From Methanopyrus sp. SNP6 (lineage in GTDB: Archaea; JAADCQ01; Methanopyri; Methanopyrales; Methanopyraceae): a DNA stretch of 32,000 bases. The stretch is from the NCBI RefSeq assembly GCF_002201895.1, contig NZ_CP019436.1, positions 1,059,867 to 1,091,866 on the forward strand. The letters run 5' to 3'. The stretch's first letter is position 1. Every line of letters starts with the position of its first letter. A program made the translations under genes and the position numbers. Shown here piece by piece: positions 25,304 to 32,000 of this stretch. Below the pieces are notes generated by a model. The model saw only the letters and a list, made by a program, of their open reading frames with translations. It was not told where the DNA came from and did no database searches.

Positions 25304-26184
25304 AACACTATGTACTTACCACGTAATATATCCCGGTCTACCACGTATATGCGCTGCTTAACGCCTGAATTCGATATCCATAGTGCTAAGGTTAAATGCT
25401 TAGATTTTGCATGTTCTGGCAATACCATCACCATGGCCATTCTATCTCCGAAGTTTATGGTTCGATCGCCAACTTTCTCCTTTCCTGGCCCTAGAAGGGT
25501 TAGTTTTGCGGTCCCTAATCGTGCGATCAGCTGCTCGATTACGAGGCAACCTCTGGCACCCGTGGAGTGTAGGGCACGCTCGATACGTTCTTCTATGAGC
25601 GTGTGTTTGCCGTCACTTACGTTGCACAGTACCTCTCCGACCACTGCGTTGTAACGTACTTTCAGCTTCGGCCCATCCATCAACCGATTACCAAGCTCAC
25701 GACGTATCGCCCGCTTGATGGCGTTAACGTCGGGCTTTCCGTCGTACGATGCCTGGAACACGAACTTGGACCCTTTAATCACGGTGCCCCTGGCGTCCAG
25801 TACCTTGTCTTTCAACCGCTTCTCGATTCGCTTTTTCACATCTTCCGGATCCGCAGTCAACGGGACTAGAGCGTCCACGACGAAGACCGTGTACCCCTTG
25901 ATCTTAACTTTCCTGACGTCTACGTTCTCCACACCACCCGCACAGCTTACGGCGCTCTTCACGTCGGATGTCTTGACACCGGGCTTAGGTACGGCTAGGT
26001 ATCGGACGACCGACACTTGGTAATCCTTCACTATGCTCGCATCGACCGTTCCCTCGGCCGCAGCTACGGCACTCTGTCCTCCCATCATGAAGGAGGGGAT
26101 CGCGGATAGCACCATCATGGCCGCGAGGAATATTATTCCAGCGGTGACGATGGACCTCCTGTGCCTTCGAATCCAGCCGAACAA
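25300..26184 (-). CDS. Uncharacterised exported/membrane-anchored protein
   Basis: N-terminal RRHRRSIVTAGIIFLAAMMVLSAIPSFMM; alternating alpha/beta segments (VKTSDVKSAVSCAGGVENVDVRKVKIKGYTVFVVDA). Confidence 0.7.
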   Translation of the reverse strand: MFGWIRRHRRSIVTAGIIFLAAMMVLSAIPSFMMGGQSAVAAAEGTVDASIVKDYQVSVVRYLAVPKPGVKTSDVKSAVSCAGGVENVDVRKVKIKGYTVFVVDALVPLTADPEDVKKRIEKRLKDKVLDARGTVIKGSKFVFQASYDGKPDVNAIKRAIRRELGNRLMDGPKLKVRYNAVVGEVLCNVSDGKHTLIEERIERALHSTGARGCLVIEQLIARLGTAKLTLLGPGKEKVGDRTINFGDRMAMVMVLPEHAKSKHLTLALWISNSGVKQRIYVVDRDILRGKYIVF

Positions 26185-26187
26185 CGA

Positions 26188-26733
26188 TCACTCCCCCTGG
26201 TCGAGCAGCATCTCCAAGTACGAGTGACGTACTCGCTTGCCCTCGACTTTCAGCTCCTCCAAGATACTTACCAAAAGCTCCTCTTTTTCCTCGACCTCTG
26301 ACTCGTCGTCCGCCTCACACTCCAGCTCGAGAAACGTGCCGAGACCTTTCACATCATCCAGCGCCGCTACAACTTTTTCTCCGTTCACTTCGAGCGTGTA
26401 GACCGTCCTAAGCTTCTTTACTTCCGCGTGCTCTAGCGGCTCGAACCCTAGATGACGAAGGATGGCGTCGGCGGTCTCGAAATCGTCGACTACCACTTCT
26501 AACTCCACCCGTGACTTCTCACGCCCTACCTTCGGTCCCTTGTAAGTTAGTGCGACTTTATCGTCGGAGCGGCGCAGTCGAAGTGCTTCATCCGTCTCTG
26601 CGAAGTCACGGCAAGGATGCTGGTAATACAGGTCCCGCTGCCGGACGGTTCTTACTTTCTCTCCGAGCTCTTCCAGGCGCTTCCGCACGTCCTCGGGGTT
26701 CTTCAGTTTAACCTTAACCTCTACCTCGTACAC
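26188..26733 (-). CDS. CYTH-domain protein (class IV adenylate cyclase / thiamine triphosphatase family)
   Basis: YEVEVKVKLKNPEDVRKRLEELG, DEALRLRRSDDKVALTYKGPKVG, SRVELEVVVDDFETADAILRHLGF, AALDDVKGLGTFLELE. Confidence 0.92.
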   Translation of the reverse strand: MYEVEVKVKLKNPEDVRKRLEELGEKVRTVRQRDLYYQHPCRDFAETDEALRLRRSDDKVALTYKGPKVGREKSRVELEVVVDDFETADAILRHLGFEPLEHAEVKKLRTVYTLEVNGEKVVAALDDVKGLGTFLELECEADDESEVEEKEELLVSILEELKVEGKRVRHSYLEMLLDQGE

Positions 26734-26739
26734 ACCGGA

Positions 26740-27918
26740 TCACCTCCTCTTCATCCCGATAACAACTTCGGGTTTCAAGAGCTGATACCCCAGGATCGCT
26801 CCCAAAGCGGCCGGGACGGCGCAGTCGATGCCGAACAGCTCGATGACCAACACAGCGGACGAGATCGGAGCGTTGAACGTCGCAGCCAAGAACGTAGCGA
26901 TGGCCGTCGCGGCCCCGGCTGGAGCGGACGGACCCAGCGTTTGACCTAGAAAGGAGCCCAAAAACGCGCCCACGCACACTGTCGGTGAAACCAATCCCGC
27001 GGGTGTTTCACTACCGACTGTTAGCGCGGTGGTCACCATTTTACCCAGGAACGATAGTAGCGCTTCTTCGGCTCCGATACGGCCTAAGGCGGCCTTCGAG
27101 GCGTAGTCCAATCCCAACCCTACGGCCGTAGGAATAGCGATTCCCACTGACGCTACCCCTAGTCCTGCCAGGAGAGAACGCACGGGTTGACTAGGTACGG
27201 ATTCGACGAACAGTCGACGGGCTTCCTTGATGCACCGGCTGTACACGTAAGCGAGTAACGTCGCCACTACAGAGATCACCAAGAGTTCCGGCAGGTGATG
27301 TGGGCTGTAATGATAAGGGGCGTTCCTCACGAGCAAGTAGCGCTTTCCTAAGGTCGAAACGTACACGGAGTACCCGGCAAGACTGGCTATCGTGCTGGGA
27401 AAAAGTACGACGTAGCGGGACCTTACGCGAATGACTTCGATGGCGAACAGGGCCGCCGCCAGCGGTGCGCACAGGACCCCAGCCACGCCTCCAGAAATTG
27501 TCCCCAGCACGACACATTTTCTCTCCATCTCCGACATTCTTAGCTTCGAAGCCACGTAGCATCCTACGGATACGCACGCTTGGGCACAAGGCCCTACTTG
27601 ACCGCCACTACCTCCCCCGCCGATGACGAGACCCGCAAGTACCAATTTAGCTATTCCTCTGATGGGATTCGCGGGCTCGTTCGGGAATCCCCGGACGACT
27701 ATCTCCATTCCGGTCCCTCTGAGCTCGGGATGTAGTGCTGCTAGGGTGCCGGCCAACAGCATGAACGCCGGGATGACTAACATCTCGCTCCCGACGACCT
27801 TCTCCACCGTGCTTATAATTGAAGAGATGGCGACGGCACACGCTCCGCCGATAACACCCAAAGCCGCGGCCAAAACCGTCCACCGGGCGACGTAAATCAA
27901 CGCCTCCGTCGACAGCAA
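26740..27918 (-). CDS. ClC-family chloride channel/transporter
   Basis: GGGGSGGQVGPCAQACVSVGCYVASKL...ISGGVAGVLCAPLAAALFAIEV; GSETPAGLVSPTVCVGAFLG; ATFNAPISSAVLVIELFG. Confidence 0.9.
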   Translation of the reverse strand: MLSTEALIYVARWTVLAAALGVIGGACAVAISSIISTVEKVVGSEMLVIPAFMLLAGTLAALHPELRGTGMEIVVRGFPNEPANPIRGIAKLVLAGLVIGGGGSGGQVGPCAQACVSVGCYVASKLRMSEMERKCVVLGTISGGVAGVLCAPLAAALFAIEVIRVRSRYVVLFPSTIASLAGYSVYVSTLGKRYLLVRNAPYHYSPHHLPELLVISVVATLLAYVYSRCIKEARRLFVESVPSQPVRSLLAGLGVASVGIAIPTAVGLGLDYASKAALGRIGAEEALLSFLGKMVTTALTVGSETPAGLVSPTVCVGAFLGSFLGQTLGPSAPAGAATAIATFLAATFNAPISSAVLVIELFGIDCAVPAALGAILGYQLLKPEVVIGMKRR

Positions 27919-27959
27919 CTCTTCACCTCCGTAGCCTCCGCGTTGGGGGGTTCTCGTCG

Positions 27960-28280
27960 GTGTGGACCCTGACGGTAAGTGCTGAGAGGGAACACGGACC
28001 GTGCGGACGCGTGCGAGAGTTGTACTCGAACGACAAGGTCTCCGTGGCAGAAGTGAGCGTTCAGGGTGAAGGGGAAGAGCATTACCACCGACGCACGTTC
28101 GAGGTGTACTATGTGATCGATGGTCGTGGGAAAGTGGTACTGAACGGTCGTCCCGTCGACGTGGGACCGGGGGACGTCGTCGCCATCGAACCGGGGATAA
28201 GGCATAAGGTGGTCGGCAACCTGAAGATGTTGGTGGTGTGCACCCCCCCGTTCGACCCGGAGGATGTGTACCTGGTATGA
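27960..28280 (+). CDS. Cupin-domain protein
   Basis: HYHRRTFEVYYVIDGRGKVVLNGRPVDVGPGDVVAIEPGIRHKVVG; GTG start behind GGGGGG. Confidence 0.9.
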   Translation: MWTLTVSAEREHGPCGRVRELYSNDKVSVAEVSVQGEGEEHYHRRTFEVYYVIDGRGKVVLNGRPVDVGPGDVVAIEPGIRHKVVGNLKMLVVCTPPFDPEDVYLV

Positions 28281-28303
28281 TGAGCTAAGCCTACGCCGAC
28301 CTA

Positions 28304-28624
28304 GTGGGGAGTGAGGATACGGGTGAGCTGCCTGACCCATCTCTCGTGTTTATCGAACTTAGGTTAAGGGTTCCCGAGGAGGTACTATCGTCCCTGGATC
28401 CGGATTCCGATGAGTACTGCGACAGAAGTGAGGATGTCGTCGAAATTCTCGCCGAGGGGTTTGGAGCGGCGAAATGCGCCGTCGAGGACGTTCTGCGATG
28501 CGTAAAAGCTGGTACCGATACGCTCGAAATCGTCAGGGGGAGCGAGAGTGCAACCACTGACGAGGAGGAACAAGAACGAGCATCCCGCGGTTCTCGACCC
28601 GGATCGCACGATTGTCTTAGGTGA
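28304..28624 (+). CDS. Uncharacterised small protein, 106 aa
   Basis: SLVFIELRLRVPEEVLSSLDPDSDEYCDRSEDVVEILAEGFGAAKCAVEDVLRCVKAGTDTLEIVRG; co-directional; overlaps the next ORF. Confidence 0.5.
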   Translation: MGSEDTGELPDPSLVFIELRLRVPEEVLSSLDPDSDEYCDRSEDVVEILAEGFGAAKCAVEDVLRCVKAGTDTLEIVRGSESATTDEEEQERASRGSRPGSHDCLR

Positions 28625-29264
28625 CGTGACAGTGTCCCGAGAAGCGGTGATAGGACCGGAGGTTAGACTGGGACCGGACGCCGTCGTACGAGGTGCTGTG
28701 ATATCTGGACGTTGTGTCATCTACAATTGTGAGCTCGGACGTTGCGCCGTAGGTCCCAGGACCACGGTTACGGGCGATGTTGGGGATGGAGTCACAATTC
28801 ACTCGGGCACGATTCTAGGGCAGCTCCGTGTGAGCGGGGAGATCGAGCCACCCGAAGTGGGTGAGGGAGCCTTCCTGGGGCCCGGGGTTTCCGTTCTTCC
28901 GGGGACGGTCATAGGTCCAGAGTCCATCGTGATGCCCGACAGTGTGGTGACCGAGCGTGTGCCGCGTCGCGGGGTCGTCAGCGGAAATCCGGCGATGCCC
29001 ACGGGAATGGTCGTCGACGCGGAGACGTTGATTCTGGAGTTCGATGGAAAGCGGCTGTTACTTGAGGGAAAACGGGGAACCGCCTTTGACGTCAAGTTGA
29101 GCGACGGCGAACTCAAAATCACCGAAGGGAGCCCCGATAACTTCGGAGCCGTGCTTGAGAAGGACGTGGTGAAGGTGGTCCGCATGGGGCACGTGATACC
29201 CTTACCCGCTAGTCGACCTTTTTCCATCCCGTTGCACGTACTGGAGGTACGAACGAAGGGGTAA
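28548..29264 (+). CDS. Left-handed beta-helix (hexapeptide repeat) protein; true start may be downstream
   Basis: TIVLGDVTVSREAVIGPEVRLGPDAVVRGAVISGRCVIYNCELGRCAVGPRTTVTGDVGDGVTIHSGTILG hexapeptide pattern. Confidence 0.75.
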   Translation: MQPLTRRNKNEHPAVLDPDRTIVLGDVTVSREAVIGPEVRLGPDAVVRGAVISGRCVIYNCELGRCAVGPRTTVTGDVGDGVTIHSGTILGQLRVSGEIEPPEVGEGAFLGPGVSVLPGTVIGPESIVMPDSVVTERVPRRGVVSGNPAMPTGMVVDAETLILEFDGKRLLLEGKRGTAFDVKLSDGELKITEGSPDNFGAVLEKDVVKVVRMGHVIPLPASRPFSIPLHVLEVRTKG

Positions 29265-29271
29265 GCGGACG

Positions 29272-29874
29272 GTGCCGGTCCGCGAGTCACTGCTAATAGA
29301 TACCGATGTGCGCCGCTCGCTAGTTCTCGGGTCCGTGTTGGAGAAGTGCGAGGTGGAAAGAGCAGCCGTGCTGGGTACTGTCGCCCGGGATAAGCGGTTC
29401 GAACACGGTGTTTTCGTGGCCGGGAAGCGGGTGCCAGGCGAGGTAATCACAGTAGAGGTGGAAGTTTCAAGGGAAATCGTACGCTCGGGATCTGTGGAAG
29501 TCGACCTCGATCCCACGGACCAGGATCTGGTGGCGGTGGTTGCGGACGTAGGAGCAACCGGGCTCATCTCGGATCTCACCGGATTACAACCTGAGCGCCG
29601 TGGGTTCCACGCCCTGTTCGCTTTCTCGGGTGAGTTACCAGCCCGAGTACGGAAGAGAGTGGTAATCAACCTGGACGTGTTCAGAGAATGTTGTCCGTGT
29701 GCCCTATTGGAGATCGGTGACGTGAAGCTGAGGTTTTTGGGAGGTCGACAGGTGTTCGATGAAAGGTCCAGACTGTCGTATACGGACGTCCTTGCCGTCA
29801 GGGACGGTAAGCCGATAGCATCTGCATGGAAGTCGGCGTCCAGAAGCGTCATCTCCAAGCTGGGGACCAGGTGA
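29272..29874 (+). CDS. Uncharacterised protein with FRECCPCALLEIGDVKLRF motif
   Basis: Full-length ORF in a same-strand gene string; no family recognised. Confidence 0.6.
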   Translation: MPVRESLLIDTDVRRSLVLGSVLEKCEVERAAVLGTVARDKRFEHGVFVAGKRVPGEVITVEVEVSREIVRSGSVEVDLDPTDQDLVAVVADVGATGLISDLTGLQPERRGFHALFAFSGELPARVRKRVVINLDVFRECCPCALLEIGDVKLRFLGGRQVFDERSRLSYTDVLAVRDGKPIASAWKSASRSVISKLGTR

Positions 29875-29880
29875 GGGACC

Positions 29881-30738
29881 GTGGTGAGGACAGTCAGAGA
29901 GCTTCCGATGCTGTTTTGCGAGTCGGTCGCACTGGAGGTACTCTCCGGGCCGAAACCGGGATTAGTGGACCCCGTCTCTCCTAGCTCCCACGAGGATATG
30001 GGGCCCCGTGAGTTCCTCGCGTGCCTTCCTGAGCTTCGGAGGTGTCTAGAGGAGGCTCTAAAGCTGGGGATAGATGGTGAACCAGTAGACGAGTTAATCC
30101 GGTCCCTTCCCGCGTGGAACGTGGACGTGATAACAGCTTCTGGCGGACCCAACTCCGTGCGCGGGATAGTGTTCTTAGGGTCGGTGTACTGCTACTCGGC
30201 TGGGTTCGAAAACGACCCGTTCCCGTTCGGTCGCATCCGCGTCGTCGGAAGGAGGTGCACGGAGGCTCTCTGGAACCGGTCGGAAACCAAGTGCGGCCGA
30301 ATCCGGATCAAGGAACGGTTGGCCGGTATCTTCGGCGAGGTATCTTCCGGAATGGCTACGGCTCGAGGGGTATCCTTACCGGTCCTACGGGCCACGCTGC
30401 GGGCGGGAAGGCCCCTAGAAGAAGCCGTAATACACTCGGTGTTGGCCTGCATGTCAACGTTAGAAGACGCCGGGATTCCCCGGAAACTGCGCGACTGGGT
30501 GAAACAAAGGGCCTCGGAAGTTCTACGCGCCGGAGGTCCGTCCACCGAACGGGGTCGTGCGGAGCTGCACAAATTCGTGTACGAGTGCGCTGAACGTGGG
30601 GTGAGTCCCGGTGCCTCGGCCGACGTTACGGTCGTCGGGCTCGTCCTTCTATTCGCGAGGTGGGGTAGGGACATCGTATCCCCGTATCGTGATCCTTCAC
30701 GGAGGTGGAGTGGCGGAGCTGTTGGACGGGACTCTTAG
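29881..30738 (+). CDS. CitG/MdcB-like (triphosphoribosyl-dephospho-CoA synthase superfamily) protein
   Basis: EVLSGPKPGLVDPVSPSSHEDMGPREFLACLPEL and C-terminal SPGASADVTVVGLVLLF match the family layout. Confidence 0.65.
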   Translation: MVRTVRELPMLFCESVALEVLSGPKPGLVDPVSPSSHEDMGPREFLACLPELRRCLEEALKLGIDGEPVDELIRSLPAWNVDVITASGGPNSVRGIVFLGSVYCYSAGFENDPFPFGRIRVVGRRCTEALWNRSETKCGRIRIKERLAGIFGEVSSGMATARGVSLPVLRATLRAGRPLEEAVIHSVLACMSTLEDAGIPRKLRDWVKQRASEVLRAGGPSTERGRAELHKFVYECAERGVSPGASADVTVVGLVLLFARWGRDIVSPYRDPSRRWSGGAVGRDS

Positions 30739-31246
30739 GCTTCTAATACGGTCGGATGGAACCCGGGCGGTCGCGTCCGAGGGAGACGAGAAGTTCTTAA
30801 AGACTGACGAAGCCGAGGTCAGCAGGGAGTTAACACCCTTCGAAGCTTACCGGGAGATATGCAAGAAACTGGACGCGTCCGTTGTCGAGCTACCCGAAGA
30901 CGTAGGACATCCTGTCGACCCTGAGGTGGGATATCGGGTCCTGGAACTTCTGGAGAGCCTGTGGGACTCGGGGTTCAGGCGCTTGGGTGTTTTGGGAACC
31001 GTCGGGTGCGGTGCGCCCCTCCACGATATCGAGGTCGGGAACCCGGTTGGGTGGACCAGCGTTCGGGTTTCGAACCCAGGTTCAGATCTCGACCTTGTGG
31101 TCCCCCACCGAGATTACTTACTAGAGATGTCATCGTCTGGTTTCGAAACTGTAAAGCGTTTCTCCGACCGAGTGATAATGTCTCCCGTGGCGTTCACCGG
31201 GTTCACAACTCCCAGAGTCGAAGTCCGGTTACCCAGGGGGTGTTAA
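30699..31246 (+). CDS. Uncharacterised protein; start approximate
   Basis: From the GTG preceding AELLDG: VAELLDGTLRLLIRSDGTRAVASEGDEKFLKTDEAEV...; the tracked ORF starts at 30611 inside the CitG-like gene. Confidence 0.5.
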
Positions 31247-31247
31247 C

Positions 31248-32000
31248 TTGACGGAAAAACTTGACAGCATGTTGCCCAAAACCGCACAAGGTTCGAACTT
31301 GAGCGATCTGAAGAACCTCCGCGATGCGTTGGATAAGTTTTCCGAGATCGAGCCGGATCTGGACGTCGAGTCACTGAAAGCTACGCTGGACGATCTGATT
31401 ACGCTCATGGAAGAAACAGGCGTGAAAGACGTTAGGGATCTCTGCGAAAAGTTTCTGGACTTCAAGCGCGAAAAGGAGCGGCTAGAAGAGCTCCTGAAGG
31501 AGTACTTCAAGCGATTGGAGGAGTTAGAGCGGAAGCTGCGAGCTCACGAGGAGAAGCTCCGCATCGAAGCCCGTCGTCGTAAGACCCTGGAGAAGGAGTT
31601 GGAGATGGAACGTGATGAAAAGGCCGAGCTGCGTGAGGAGCTACGGCGTAAAGAGGTTATGATCGAAAAGCTCCGTAGTGACCTGCAGCGAATGAAGAAG
31701 CCACCGCTCATCGTGGGTACCGTCGAAGAGATCCTCGACGACGGTCGCGTGATAGTGAAGAGTTCCACGGGTCCGAAGTTCGTCTCGAACGTGAGCCCTA
31801 CCGTGGACAGAAACGAGCTCGAACCTGGTGCAAACGTGGCCCTCAACCAGCAGAGCATGGCTGTGGTGGATGTGCTACCGTCGGAGAAGGACTCACGTGT
31901 ACTGGCGATGGAGGTGGACGAGTCACCCGACGTGTCGTACGACGATATCGGTGGTCTGGACGAGCAGATCCGCGAAATCCGGGAGGTCGTGGAGAAGCCG
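31248..32000 (+). CDS. pan: Proteasome-activating nucleotidase (PAN), 5' part only
   Basis: TTG at 31248 after AGGGGGTG gives LTEKLDSMLPK...coiled coil (REKERLEELLKEYFKRLEELERKLRAHEEKLRIEARR)...PPLIVGTVEEILDDGRVIVKSSTGPKFVSNVS...SYDDIGGLDEQIREIREVVEKP; runs off right edge. Confidence 0.93.
   Translation, partial: MTEKLDSMLPKTAQGSNLSDLKNLRDALDKFSEIEPDLDVESLKATLDDLITLMEETGVKDVRDLCEKFLDFKREKERLEELLKEYFKRLEELERKLRAHEEKLRIEARRRKTLEKELEMERDEKAELREELRRKEVMIEKLRSDLQRMKKPPLIVGTVEEILDDGRVIVKSSTGPKFVSNVSPTVDRNELEPGANVALNQQSMAVVDVLPSEKDSRVLAMEVDESPDVSYDDIGGLDEQIREIREVVEKP

Noticed and set aside
28625-30674. Large ORFs antisense to the hexapeptide, CCPC and CitG-like genes (28799..29290, 29202..30152, 30192..30674)
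   Set aside because: Skewed S/T/P/R composition without motifs, while the plus-strand frames show recognisable folds.
31063-31085. tRNA T-arm-like sequence (GGTTTCGAACCCAGG)
   Set aside because: Lies within a coding ORF; no acceptor stem, D-arm or anticodon arm could be placed around it.
1-32000. CRISPR arrays, transposons or phage genes
   Set aside because: No regularly spaced direct repeats, transposase or integrase-like ORFs were seen; the window reads as ordinary chromosomal backbone.

Overview
This 32 kb window is gene-dense, chromosomal-type archaeal DNA. Gene content points to a hyperthermophilic methanogen and it looks very like Methanopyrus kandleri (inference, no database search was run). 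Supported genes include TBP, TFB, Gar1, ribosomal proteins uL22/uS3/uL29, eIF1/SUI1, a probable RNase P Rpp29 subunit, MetRS, HisB, ArgJ, an archaeal ornithine-cyclodeaminase-like (TIGR00300) protein, 2-phosphoglycerate kinase, a CBS protein, a CYTH protein, a ClC channel, a cupin, a CitG-like protein and the 5' part of PAN. Many genes start at GTG or TTG behind strong G-rich Shine-Dalgarno (SD) motifs, and many overlap. I found no CRISPR array, transposon, rRNA or confident tRNA. The best leads are: (1) two adjacent paralogous membrane modules with conserved STEAK / HxH..KAC.G / DGG motifs, where the extracytoplasmic alpha/beta domain is fused in one copy and a separate gene in the other; (2) a compact HTH-PhoU / possible divergent tubulin-FtsZ-like / RHH-like operon; (3) a stomatin-family gene interrupted by a one-base shift at a T5 run; (4) a ribosomal gene string cut after eIF1 by an opposite-strand methyltransferase, with a probable short Rpp29 ORF hidden inside a longer artefactual ORF; (5) tight G/C hairpins between divergent genes that contain both genes' SD motifs; (6) an uncharacterised cupin/hexapeptide/CCPC/CitG-like gene string leading into PAN.
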